Shown here: piece by piece, positions 11,340 to 20,333 of the stretch
How the letters are laid out: the number at the start of each line of letters is the position of its first letter
Numbering within the stretch: the stretch's first letter is position 1
Assembly (NCBI GenBank): GCA_000092065.1
Contig: CP000587.1
Reading direction: 5' to 3' (one strand)
Source of the DNA: Ostreococcus lucimarinus
Taxonomy: Eukaryota
DNA: 64,000 bases
Notes under the pieces: generated by a model
Databases searched by the model: none
Told to the model about the DNA's origin: nothing
Seen by the model: only the letters and a program-made list of their open reading frames with translations
Translations under genes and position numbers: made by a program

Positions 11340-12464
11340 TCAACTCGCGCCGATGCCTCGAAACGCGCCAGCGGCGTCGAGAGCTTTGACGCTGCACGCG
11401 GCGACCACACCGACGGAAGTCGCCGCGCACGCCCCGACGACGAACGGCGCCACACCGACGCCGCTAAGCGCCGACGCGCTCATGCATAAACCGACCGCCG
11501 CCATGGATGTCGGCAAAACCACGTTGGACGCGAAATCCCCCGTCGCCTTGTGGAAACGCTTCCACCGCGCGTCGTCGCGAACGGATTCCGTGGCGTCCCC
11601 GAGCGAACGCAGCGCCGCCATCGCGACGAACGCGATCAAAAACCCCGGCACGAGCGCCGGACGCTTCGCCGCCGCGCCCGCGCCCGCGTCCGCGCTCCTG
11701 AACGCGTACGCGAGATACGGAATCGCCAACGCCAGGGTGAGATTTCTCGTCAACTTTGTCACCGTCGCCGCCTTAAACGCCATCTCATCCTCGAACGCGT
11801 CTCGAAACGTCATCCCTGCCCCGACGACCTGCGCCGTATCGTGCACGCTGAGCCCCAAAAACACCCCCGCCGGGACGCCGCCCTCCGGAAACAACCGCTT
11901 CGCCGCCCACGGATACGCCAGCATCCCGAGCGTCCCGTACGCCGCCACGTTCGCCACCGCCACCCCAATCTCCCGCTGACTCGCCCCGATCGCCGGCGCC
12001 AGTCCCCCGATCGCCGTCACGCCGCACACGCTCGTTCCCGCCGCCAGCAGCGCGCCCACCTTTCGCGTCAGCCCGCTCGCCGGTCCGAACCTTTCGCTCG
12101 CCGCCCTTCGCAGCGCCGGCGTCGCCGCGAGCCCGGTCGTCACCGTCGCCGCGATCGCCGGCGCCGCCGCCGTCGCCGTCTCCCCGATCTCGCGCAACGA
12201 AAGCTTCGCCCCCAGCGCGGCGATCCCGAGTTTCAGCCCTCGATCCGCGCACGCCCGCGCGCCCGGCTCGAAGATTCTCGCGAACGCGGCCTCGCGCGTT
12301 CGAAATCTTCGTCGCAGCAGCGCCCCCCCGGCGATCGCGAGCGGCGCCGCGGGCGCGGGCGACGCCCCGTCGCGGTTCGCGACGCGTCCGATCGCGCCCG
12401 ACGTCGCCGTCGCGAGCGCGCACGTCGCGAGCGCGAGCGCGACGCCCGCGGCTTTCGTCGCCAT
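11340..12464 (-). CDS. UPF0324/YeiH-family integral membrane protein
   Basis: Polytopic membrane protein with YeiH-like strings: GVTAIGGLAPAIGASQREIGVAVANVAAYGTLGMLAYPW and LGLSVHDTAQVVGAG. The track start at 12686 is GTG; the first in-frame ATG is at 12464. Confidence 0.6.
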   Translation of the reverse strand: MATKAAGVALALATCALATATSGAIGRVANRDGASPAPAAPLAIAGGALLRRRFRTREAAFARIFEPGARACADRGLKLGIAALGAKLSLREIGETATAAAPAIAATVTTGLAATPALRRAASERFGPASGLTRKVGALLAAGTSVCGVTAIGGLAPAIGASQREIGVAVANVAAYGTLGMLAYPWAAKRLFPEGGVPAGVFLGLSVHDTAQVVGAGMTFRDAFEDEMAFKAATVTKLTRNLTLALAIPYLAYAFRSADAGAGAAAKRPALVPGFLIAFVAMAALRSLGDATESVRDDARWKRFHKATGDFASNVVLPTSMAAVGLCMSASALSGVGVAPFVVGACAATSVGVVAACSVKALDAAGAFRGIGAS

Positions 12465-12642
12465 CGCGTCGGCAACCGCCGCGACAGAGCGACGCGGAGT
12501 GACGACGCGCGACGGCGCGACGGCGCGCGCGTTCGGGCGCGGGCGCGAAGAAAAAATCGACTCGCTCGACGGCGCGGTCGACGGGACGAGGCGCGACGGC
12601 GGCGAGCGACGGCGCGACGAAGACGCGAAGACGGACGACGAA

Positions 12643-14418
12643 ATGACGGCGGGCGCGCGGACGACGACGACGCTGGAGCGGTACACGCCGCGGGACGCGG
12701 ACCCGGACGAGGTGTTCGAGGAGATGATTTTGGATTGGCGCGCGAATCCGCGGGTGAAGCTGCGGCGAAGGCGCGAGTGGGGGTGGGACGCGAGGGACGC
12801 GGCGACGACGGCGGCGCTGAGCGCGGCGTGGACGCTGGGACCGGCGACGCTGGCGTGGACGGCGGCGAAGGCGTACGTGAATCGGGGAAGCGCGATGGAG
12901 CGAAGGAAGAAAAAGTGGGGGGTCGTGATGGCGCTCGCGGCGAGCGAATTGGGGTGGTACGCGCACAGGCGAGGGGTCGGGAAGCGATTCGACGACGACG
13001 AAAATATGAAGGCGACGCCGACGCGACGGGATTTCGATCGGTTCTTGCAGCTTCGCTACGACGGAGTGTTGGATTTTAACGCGTACATCAGGGGATGGAT
13101 GAAGACGTGGAAGAGTTTCGCGTTCGGTGAACGCGAGAATCCGTTTCGGGCGACGCCGTCGAGCCCGCCCTTGTCCAGGGCGTCGACGCCCGGGATCGAT
13201 CGCGCCGAGTCGCCGGCGTTTCACCGAGAGACGGCGCTGGATTTTTTACGTTTCGGCTTTCACGACGCGCTGAGCGCGGAAGAGATCGGCGAGCGCAAAG
13301 AGCGGGAGCTGAGGACATTCATGGAGGAAATTGAGGCGCACTGGAACTTGAAATTCGACGACAACGCGGCGAGGGAATCGTTCGAGTTTATGTTTCACAC
13401 AAAGGAAAAGCTCGGGGCGTTGCATCAACCGCTGTTGTTCACCGCGTGGGTGAACGGTGTGGCGGGCGTGACCGGGCTGGCGTTACACGCGTTGGGATTT
13501 AAATTGTATCACGGCGCCAACGGGTGTTCGTACTGGGCGAACTGCGAAATCGTCGAGAATAATTGGAAGCGACGACGCGCGAGGACGGCGACGCGAGAGA
13601 CGAGGCACGGCCGAGGCGTCGAGACGAGACCGGTGTTGTGCGGAGACGCGGGCGACGCGAGCGACGGCGATACGAAGCCAATCATTTTCGTCCACGGCCT
13701 GGGCGTCGGACTCGCGCCGTATGTTCCGCACATCGCGCAACTCTTGCGCAGCAGACCGAATCGCAAAATCGCCATGCTGACGCTTCCTCACATTAGCATG
13801 CGAGCGGTGCCGAAGGTGCCTGAACTCGACGACATGGTGGACACGGTGGTGGAAATCACGAAGAAGCACGCATTTCGCGCGCCAGCGCTGTACGGACACA
13901 GTTTCGGCACCTTTGTCGTGGCGAGGACGTGTCAAAGGTTTTGCGTGAGTTCAATCGTGCTCCTCGATCCGGTTTGCGTGTGCTTGTGCTTACCGCAAAC
14001 TGTAGGTATTTTATACCAGCTCAATAAGAGCTGGGTCGACTTCAGGAATAGACTCATGGAAGGTCCGCGAACGCTCGCGACCGCGTCGTTTTGGCGCGAT
14101 GGAAATGCATTGTTGTACTTTTTGTTGCGCGACTACTTTCTTCTTCGAGAAATCGGCGTCATGACGGCGCTTCGAAGAAAGTTTTGGTGGGCTCGTTATA
14201 ACTTGTGGGCGGACGATTTGCCGGTGGACTCACTCATCGTGCTCGAATCGAATGATCTATTGCTCGACACGGACGCCATCTGCAGGCACGTGTTGAGGCA
14301 ATCAAAGGCGCGAATTATTTGGCAAGAGAAATTCGCGCACGGCGAATTTTGCATGCCGTGGGGATACGGCTTGCGAAGCGACGTTGTCGACTTCTTAGAC
14401 GCGTTAAAGAACGCGTAA
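12643..14418 (+). CDS. Alpha/beta-hydrolase-fold protein
   Basis: IIFVHGLGVGLAPY plus the nucleophile elbow LYGHSFGTFVV (GxSxG). The track start at 12499 is GTG. The first ATG, at 12643, removes the overlap with the divergent YeiH gene. Confidence 0.55.
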   Translation: MTAGARTTTTLERYTPRDADPDEVFEEMILDWRANPRVKLRRRREWGWDARDAATTAALSAAWTLGPATLAWTAAKAYVNRGSAMERRKKKWGVVMALAASELGWYAHRRGVGKRFDDDENMKATPTRRDFDRFLQLRYDGVLDFNAYIRGWMKTWKSFAFGERENPFRATPSSPPLSRASTPGIDRAESPAFHRETALDFLRFGFHDALSAEEIGERKERELRTFMEEIEAHWNLKFDDNAARESFEFMFHTKEKLGALHQPLLFTAWVNGVAGVTGLALHALGFKLYHGANGCSYWANCEIVENNWKRRRARTATRETRHGRGVETRPVLCGDAGDASDGDTKPIIFVHGLGVGLAPYVPHIAQLLRSRPNRKIAMLTLPHISMRAVPKVPELDDMVDTVVEITKKHAFRAPALYGHSFGTFVVARTCQRFCVSSIVLLDPVCVCLCLPQTVGILYQLNKSWVDFRNRLMEGPRTLATASFWRDGNALLYFLLRDYFLLREIGVMTALRRKFWWARYNLWADDLPVDSLIVLESNDLLLDTDAICRHVLRQSKARIIWQEKFAHGEFCMPWGYGLRSDVVDFLDALKNA

Positions 14419-14442
14419 TAGGCGCTCATGCCGTGATATTGG

Positions 14443-14447
14443 TGTAA
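14443..14447 (+). terminator. Candidate TGTAA poly(A) signal (hydrolase gene)
   Basis: TGTAA 25 nt after the stop at 14416-14418. Confidence 0.3.
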
Positions 14448-14478
14448 TAATGAGAATAGCTAATTGATCTTCGCTCTT

Positions 14479-14483
14479 TTACA
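14479..14483 (-). terminator. Candidate TGTAA poly(A) signal (CbiA-like gene)
   Basis: TTACA on the + strand, 38 nt downstream of the stop (14521-14523) in gene orientation. Confidence 0.3.
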
Positions 14484-14520
14484 CGCAAGCGAGCTAATGG
14501 TACATTTGTTTCACATTTTT

Positions 14521-17500
14521 CTAGCGCCACTCGACGAAGTGTTGGCGCAGTTGCTTTGGTCGACAAGAGCGACCTTCTTCGAGGTTGAACTTGTAGCAAA
14601 CTCCTTGACGCAGTTCCATCGGGAACAAATCCGGATGGAGAATTCGAGCTAAAGTCTCCACACCATCAACGAGTTGTGGACCGGCTTGACAAATCATTTC
14701 GTGGGAGAGAACGAAGACGCGGCGATCGCGCACGGCAGGAATCACCCACCAACCCGGCTGACTCGCCAAATGTTCTAGCTGTTCGAGCGTCCTCTCCATG
14801 GTTTCTTCGGATGATTTACCTATGTAGCAAGGCACGAGAAGTAACACATCTGGGCCGTACGACAGCACTTGCTCCCATCGCATGCGCTCAGCTGAAACGC
14901 CCGGTTCGTGAAGTTCGTCGATACCGCCGGCGATTGATTTCATCTCGGGCAGCCAGTGTCCGCCGGCGACGAGAGGTTTGATGCCTTCCAAAGACATGAC
15001 CTTCGGCCTTTCGTCAGCCGTGGCGACGACACGAGCGATAGTACGCAAACGTGATCGAAGCTGCGTCAGCAAAGTCACCGCCTTTTCCTTTACACCGCAC
15101 AAAATCCCGATTTGAAGAATCACGTCCAAGACGTCGCTCAGCGTCTTTGGAGCGACGGGGAAGATTGACGGCCGCGACGCGTCGACTTCCAAGGAATCTT
15201 CGTCCGAATCAAACTCTGCGTTCGTCAAGAAAACTTCGGCTTCGTGTAGAAACTTGGCGGTGCCAAAACGCACATCGGTGCACTGTGAGCACACGTCTGG
15301 GGTGAAGATGAGTCGAGCCTCTGCGTGGCGCACAAAGTTGACGTCGAAGAAACACCATTTGTCGAGCGCGCTCACGTGCGACGACGAGCTATGCCTGGCC
15401 TCCAAACGAGTCAGCGAGTTGTAGCTCGACCCGTGATGAGTTCCACCAAAAAATTCGAAATCGCCATTCAAAGAGTTCGAAGACTTCTTTCGATTGTCAG
15501 CGAGACCAGCGCTCGATTGCGGCAAAGCGAGAGAGTGCAAGTGTCTGGCGACGATTTTTGGGTAATCCGTGATGTCCTCTGGAAGCACGCACGCCTCCGT
15601 GATGCCGACGATTCGATCGCCGACGCCAAGTGCATAGAGGATAGATGTCGCAGTCGTGGAAAGGGAAATTATCGACCCCACCGATTGCGGCAACGGAAGC
15701 TGCAGCTGCGAAGGCGCGTGGAGATGATCCGCCATGACTTGCGGCGCGGCGCCAAAGTATAAGTGCAGAGCCACATCGAGCTCGGGTTGCGTCGTTGACT
15801 TACGAGGCATTCCCGAGAGTTTCGATATTTGCGCACCCAGTGACTGCATCGACGCCGATGAGCGCGAGCGGAACATTCCTAATCCCTCCGCCGAGTCCAA
15901 GTCAACCGAGTACTCGCGGAAGTCGCGAGACATCGCACGAGCGCGCCGCGGCGGCAAAACCTGTTTGACTTTTTCTGGTGAATCCGACTGCGCTGACCGC
16001 GCGAGCATCTCTTCCTCGCTCATACTCCTGCTTCGTTCGAGAGCCTTGTCGAACTTTCTCGAACTGATTGGCGTCAGAGGTCCGAAGCTCTTGCTCATCG
16101 TCCTTCGTGAAACCATCGCCGCGCGCGCCGCGGCTTCCGCCGCGCCCGGCGGCACGCTTCTGCACGACTCAACGAACGAGGAAGCCAAAGATGGATTAGC
16201 GCCAAAGTGAAGGTGTAACTGCGATACCAGCACATTGTTCCACGCGAAACCGTCGAGATTGATCGAGTTTTTGCCCTTGCCGAATTTTCGTTCCTGCTTC
16301 ACCTCGTACGTCGCGCCCCAGCCGATGGCGACTTTATCCTCCGTCACGCGCATCTTGCTCGGTCTATCGCCGTGTATTTCGCTGTATCGAAACGTCTGAC
16401 CTCGAACGACTTCACCCTCGTTGAACAAAGGATTTCCGGGCGCAATAGTGATCTCGGCGTATCCCGTCTTCACCGAACTCGTGAGTCGCGTCGCGAAGGG
16501 CGCGACGCCGCACATGGATCGAGGCGAGCTCCCATCCGGCGCTGAGAGCGACTGCGAAAGGAACATCAATCCACCGCATTCGGCGTACACCACGCCTCCT
16601 GCTGTGGCAAACGCCGTCACCGCCGATCGTAAAGGCCGATTCTTGAACAAGGCCTGCGCGTGAAACTCGGGATAACCTCCGCCAAAGATGACGCCTTGGA
16701 CGTCGCTCGGCAATCCTTCGCCGGCTATCGGACTAAAGTAGACTAATTCCGCCCCCGCGTCTTCCAACTTGGCTAAATTTTCGGGATAGTAGAAGCAAAA
16801 CGCTTCGTCTCGAGCGACAGCGATGCGCACTTTCGGCTTTGACGGCCCCGCCTCGAGTTCCTCTCGCATGGCGCGTTCGAGCGCCAAATCGCGCGCGACG
16901 CGCGGCGAAATTTCGTACGCCGGCATCGCTTCGAACAACGCGTCGAGATCGACGTTTTGCTCGAGCAACATCGCCATGTGCTGAATTTTCTGCTCCATGG
17001 CGTCGTCACTCGTCGTCGCCGCGCTCGTTGGATCAAACGTGGGCCCGTTGGTGTCCTTGGGAATCCCCCCGAAGACGTCCACGTGCGCCATCGCCGCCAA
17101 GAGACTTTCTCGCAAGTACTCCGTGTGCGCCTCACCACCGGTTTTGTTGAAAACCACCCCCACCAAATTCAACTCCGCGTCGAATTCTCTGTACCCCTTG
17201 ATCACCGCCGCCACCGAGCGCGCCATGGCGTTACAATCCACCACCAGCAGCACCCCCGCCTCGAGCCACTTTGCCATCTGCGCCGTCGATCCGTCCTCGC
17301 TCATCCCATCTCTCCCATCGTACAGCCCCATCACCCCGTCCACGATCGCCACGTCGCACGTCTCCGCGTGTTTCGCCACCACCCTCGCCACCGCTCCCGC
17401 GCTCATCATGTACCCATCCAGATTTTCGCTCTCCCGCGCGTCCCCGCTCTGGCTCCGCAGCGCCGATCGGTGCGCCATGGGATCCACGAAATCGCACCCA

Positions 17501-17613
17501 ACCTTGAACGCTCGCACTCGCAGTCCCCGTCTCGCGTACGCCAGCATCAACGCCGTCGCGATCGTCGTCTTCCCCACCCCCGAGTGCGTTCCCGCGACGA
17601 CCACCACCTTCAT
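14521..17613 (-). CDS. Cobyrinic/hydrogenobyrinic acid a,c-diamide synthase-like (CbiA/CobB) fused to a BtuF-like periplasmic-binding-protein domain
   Basis: Starts MKVVVVAGTHSGVGKTT (P-loop). CbiA-like strings: DGVMGLYDG, GSTAQMAKW, VARDEAFCFYYPENL and the GATase context YAECGGLMFL. A Ser-rich linker follows. The C-terminal PBP signature is IISLSTTATSILYALGVGDRIVGITE ... PDVLLLVPC ... AVRDRRVFVL ... GPQLVDGVETLARILHP. The 255 aa upstream in the track ORF (GTG start) is rejected. Confidence 0.75.
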   Translation of the reverse strand: MKVVVVAGTHSGVGKTTIATALMLAYARRGLRVRAFKVGCDFVDPMAHRSALRSQSGDARESENLDGYMMSAGAVARVVAKHAETCDVAIVDGVMGLYDGRDGMSEDGSTAQMAKWLEAGVLLVVDCNAMARSVAAVIKGYREFDAELNLVGVVFNKTGGEAHTEYLRESLLAAMAHVDVFGGIPKDTNGPTFDPTSAATTSDDAMEQKIQHMAMLLEQNVDLDALFEAMPAYEISPRVARDLALERAMREELEAGPSKPKVRIAVARDEAFCFYYPENLAKLEDAGAELVYFSPIAGEGLPSDVQGVIFGGGYPEFHAQALFKNRPLRSAVTAFATAGGVVYAECGGLMFLSQSLSAPDGSSPRSMCGVAPFATRLTSSVKTGYAEITIAPGNPLFNEGEVVRGQTFRYSEIHGDRPSKMRVTEDKVAIGWGATYEVKQERKFGKGKNSINLDGFAWNNVLVSQLHLHFGANPSLASSFVESCRSVPPGAAEAAARAAMVSRRTMSKSFGPLTPISSRKFDKALERSRSMSEEEMLARSAQSDSPEKVKQVLPPRRARAMSRDFREYSVDLDSAEGLGMFRSRSSASMQSLGAQISKLSGMPRKSTTQPELDVALHLYFGAAPQVMADHLHAPSQLQLPLPQSVGSIISLSTTATSILYALGVGDRIVGITEACVLPEDITDYPKIVARHLHSLALPQSSAGLADNRKKSSNSLNGDFEFFGGTHHGSSYNSLTRLEARHSSSSHVSALDKWCFFDVNFVRHAEARLIFTPDVCSQCTDVRFGTAKFLHEAEVFLTNAEFDSDEDSLEVDASRPSIFPVAPKTLSDVLDVILQIGILCGVKEKAVTLLTQLRSRLRTIARVVATADERPKVMSLEGIKPLVAGGHWLPEMKSIAGGIDELHEPGVSAERMRWEQVLSYGPDVLLLVPCYIGKSSEETMERTLEQLEHLASQPGWWVIPAVRDRRVFVLSHEMICQAGPQLVDGVETLARILHPDLFPMELRQGVCYKFNLEEGRSCRPKQLRQHFVEWR

Positions 17614-17812
17614 CGCGCTCGATCGTTCGCGCGCGCTCGAGCTCTCGACGTCTCGTCCCTCTCGCGCGTCGTCGCGCGCGTCGTCGCGCTCGATCCGTCC
17701 CGCGCGCTTCCGCTCGACGCTGACGCTCGACGCGCGTTCGCTCGCGCGCGCTCGCGCGTTCGCGCGTCCCCGCGTCTCGCGCGCGTCGCGCCGTGCGGCG
17801 CCGGCGCCAACG

Positions 17813-17844
17813 GGTCGGTCGGTCGGTCGGTCGGTCGGTCGGTC
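17813..17844. repeat. (GGTC)8 microsatellite in the CbiA-like/uL18 divergent promoter
   Basis: Eight perfect GGTC units. They are read as TDRPTDRPTDRP in the spurious N-terminal extension of ORF 14521..18378. Confidence 0.9.
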
Positions 17845-17920
17845 CGTGTTTGTAAAACGGTCGGTCGCCGCGGCGCAAGCCCTAAGCCGGCGACGGCGCG
17901 CGACACACGGCGACGCGACG

Positions 17921-18836
17921 ATGAACGCGCTCACGCACGCGATGCTCACGTCGAGGGCGACGATTAGAGGGAACGGCTTAGCCACGTCGGTGACGACGAC
18001 GCCGAGGAGAGGTGCGCGCGCGAGACGCGAAGACCGAAGACCGAAGACGCGCGAGGAGACGCGAGGGAACGCGATGGGGGGGCGACGACGGGACGCGCGC
18101 GAAGCGCGCGCGATGGGAGTGGACGCGCGAGGGCGCGCGAATGGAGGGTAGAAATGCGCGGGCGTCGAGCGGGACGCGCGAACGCGCGCGACGGGGGTCG
18201 CGGCGCGGGAAGTCGGCGCGACGCGAATGGGGCGCGGAAACCCCGAGGGTTGGGGAAACCCTGGAGCGAGGGTCGGCGAGCGAGGACTGACGAATGATGC
18301 GCGATTCTCGCGAGCGCAGCCGCCGTGGTGACTTCGGCGAAGATGACGCCCAAGGAAGCGAAGCGTCAGCAGCGACACCGCAAGATTCGATCCAAGGTGC
18401 GTCGATGGATCGAGAGTCGCGAAGACGCGAGCGACGACGGACGCCCCCTCGCGAAGACGCGAGGCGAGACGAGCGCGAGAGACTGACGAGCGATGCGATC
18501 GTCCGTTTCCATCGATAGATTTCCGGATCGTCCGAACGCCCGCGCATTTCCGTGTACAGATCGAACCAGCACGTCTACGTCCAAGTCATCGATGACGAAA
18601 ACCAAAAAACCATCGCCGCGCTCGGGACGATGAGCGCGTCCGTCAAGGCCGTCATCGGGAGCGAGGAGTGGAAGGGCAAGACCGTGGAGTCTGCGGAGCA
18701 AGTCGGGAAGATGCTCGGTGCCGTGTGCGTCGAAAAGGGCATCACGCAGGCTGTGTTCGACCGCGGTGGATTCCTCTACCACGGCCGCGTCAAGGCCATC
18801 GCCGACGGCGCTCGCGCCGCCGGCGTCGCGATGTGA
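17921..18836 (+). CDS. RPL18: Organellar (bacterial-type) ribosomal protein uL18; three exons (17921..18011, 18320..18396, 18519..18836)
   Basis: Exons 2+3 give KMTPKEAKRQQRHRKIRSK|ISGSSERPRISVYRSNQHVYVQVIDD..., a cyanobacterial-type L18 N-terminus plus body. Exon 1 (MNALTHAMLTSRATIRGNGLATSVTTTPRR) is a presequence that joins in frame (phase 1) via splice signals. The exon 2/3 junction is strong; exon 1 is inferred. Confidence 0.7.
18012..18319 (+). other. Putative intron 1 of uL18 (308 nt)
   Basis: Donor GTGCGC at 18012; ACTGACGA at 18286-18293; AG at 18318-18319. The spliced frame runs straight into the ATG at 18343. Confidence 0.5.
18397..18518 (+). other. Intron 2 of uL18 (122 nt)
   Basis: Donor GTGCGT at 18397; ACTGACGA at 18482-18489; AG at 18517-18518. 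Removal reconstitutes the conserved RHRKIRSKISGSSERPRISVYRSN segment. Confidence 0.85.
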
Positions 18837-18942
18837 GCGCGCTCCGCGAATGCGACGCTCGCGCTCGTCTCGATCGCCGCGCCTCGCGCGCGCGTCTCGA
18901 TCGAGCGCGTCGTTGTTGTTTAGATCATATTCATCTTCACTT

Positions 18943-18947
18943 TGTAA
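18943..18947 (+). terminator. Candidate TGTAA poly(A) signal (uL18)
   Basis: TGTAA 107 nt after the stop at 18834-18836. Confidence 0.25.
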
Positions 18948-19148
18948 TCGTGAACTGTTAGCAGCAAAAACACTCGCCTCGCCGCCGCCTCGGCCTCGCC
19001 GCGCCTTGGATAAGGGGATAAGTGACGTCAGCCATCGAACGCGGTCGCGAGCCATCGCGTCGCGGCACACGCCGGCGCGTCGAGACCCGCGTCTTGACGC
19101 TCGATCGCTCGCGCGCTCGACGCACGAACACTTCGCGCGCGCGCACCG

Positions 19149-20186
19149 ATGCACGCCCAAGCGCGCACCGCGCGCGCCGTCGACGTCGCGCGAACGACGT
19201 CCAAAAAGCAAAAGCATCACAGCCAACGCGCGGTGTCCGCGCGCGCGGCGGCGACGAGCGAGACGACGACGAGCGTCGGAGTGAGGATAGGAAGCGCGAG
19301 CGTCAAAGGGACGGTTCGTAAGCAAAACGAGGATCGATTCTCGACGTACGCGCCGAAGACGAAACCCGAAGACGGGACGCCGAGCTTGATCGCGAGCGTC
19401 TTCGACGGTCACGGAGGCAAAGCGGTGAGCGAATGGCTGCGAGAAAACTTGAACGAGTTCATTCTGGGGGAGTGGAAGCAGGCTGATTTTCCACTCGACG
19501 CGCTGCGAACGGCGTGCTTGAAGGCGGACCAGGTTTTGGTGGCGCCGCAGGAGGGATTTTTCGCGTCGTTTGGCGAGCGAGGCGTCGGCGGGTCCAAGTG
19601 CGGGAGCACGGCGGTCATCGTGGCGTTGTATGAGGAGGGCGGTTCCAAGCGCTTGGCCACGGCGAACGTTGGCGATGCGCGTATTTTGTTGGTCCGCGAT
19701 GGGAAGGCGTTGCAGTTGAGCGTTGATCACGTGCCGGATGACGAAGCCGAGCGCAAGCGCATCGATCGCGGCAACCCGAACTTGCGCCAGTCGCTCGTGA
19801 AGTTTACCGAAGGTTCTTGGCGAGTCGGTGGTGTCTTGGCGCTTTCGCGCGCGTTCGGTGATTCCTTCTTGAAGGAAAGCGGTCGCTTCGAAGGCATCGG
19901 CGAGAAGAACGCGGATTATGGCAGTGGATTTGGCTTGAACGCCGAGCCGGATTGCTACATTGAGCAAATCACGGCGGCCGACTCGTGGGTCATGCTTTCC
20001 TCCGATGGTTTGTTCGAGAACCCCGAACGCGGTGGTGGTGGCGGTTGGACGAACCAAGAGATCGCCGATTTCTTGACCTCGGCGCCCGCGGACGCGGAGC
20101 CGGAGACGCTCGCGAAGGAGCTCATCGCGCAAGCCGTCGCCAAGGGTAGCACGGATGACGTGACGGTTCAACTTTTGCGCCTCTGA
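19149..20186 (+). CDS. PP2C-family Ser/Thr protein phosphatase
   Basis: PP2C motifs: RKQNEDRF, SVFDGHGG, GSTAVIV, ANVGDARILL, LSRAFGD, SDGLFE, GSTDDVTVQLL. The N-terminus looks like a presequence. Confidence 0.85.
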   Translation: MHAQARTARAVDVARTTSKKQKHHSQRAVSARAAATSETTTSVGVRIGSASVKGTVRKQNEDRFSTYAPKTKPEDGTPSLIASVFDGHGGKAVSEWLRENLNEFILGEWKQADFPLDALRTACLKADQVLVAPQEGFFASFGERGVGGSKCGSTAVIVALYEEGGSKRLATANVGDARILLVRDGKALQLSVDHVPDDEAERKRIDRGNPNLRQSLVKFTEGSWRVGGVLALSRAFGDSFLKESGRFEGIGEKNADYGSGFGLNAEPDCYIEQITAADSWVMLSSDGLFENPERGGGGGWTNQEIADFLTSAPADAEPETLAKELIAQAVAKGSTDDVTVQLLRL

Positions 20187-20328
20187 GCGCGTTCGCGCGA
20201 GCGACGATCACAGTAGGAACCCCATCGACGATCTCGACGAGTTGTTTTGCAATAACGATAACAAGGAAAAAGCTGCCTCTTTCATTTCAAAGTACGTGCG
20301 CGCGAAATTCCATTGCGAGAAGACTAGT

Positions 20329-20333
20329 TTACA
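20329..20333 (-). terminator. Candidate TGTAA poly(A) signal (rubredoxin gene)
   Basis: TTACA on the + strand, 44 nt downstream of the stop (20377-20379) in gene orientation. Confidence 0.3.

Noticed and set aside
11550-13224. Arg-rich ORFs 11550..13079 (+) and 11785..13224 (-)
   Set aside because: They consist of extreme poly-Arg/Asp/Gly composition in alternative frames of the YeiH-like and hydrolase genes. They are not credible proteins.
17614-18378. 255-aa N-terminal extension of the CbiA-like ORF (GTG start at 18378)
   Set aside because: The start is non-ATG. The extension reads through the (GGTC)8 microsatellite as TDRPTDRPTDRP and runs antisense across the uL18 exons and introns. The conserved CbiA P-loop begins right at the ATG at 17613.
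18366-20171. 601-aa minus-strand ORF covering uL18 exon 3 and the PP2C gene
   Set aside because: It is antisense to two well-supported genes and crosses their intergenic spacer. It contains no conserved motifs.
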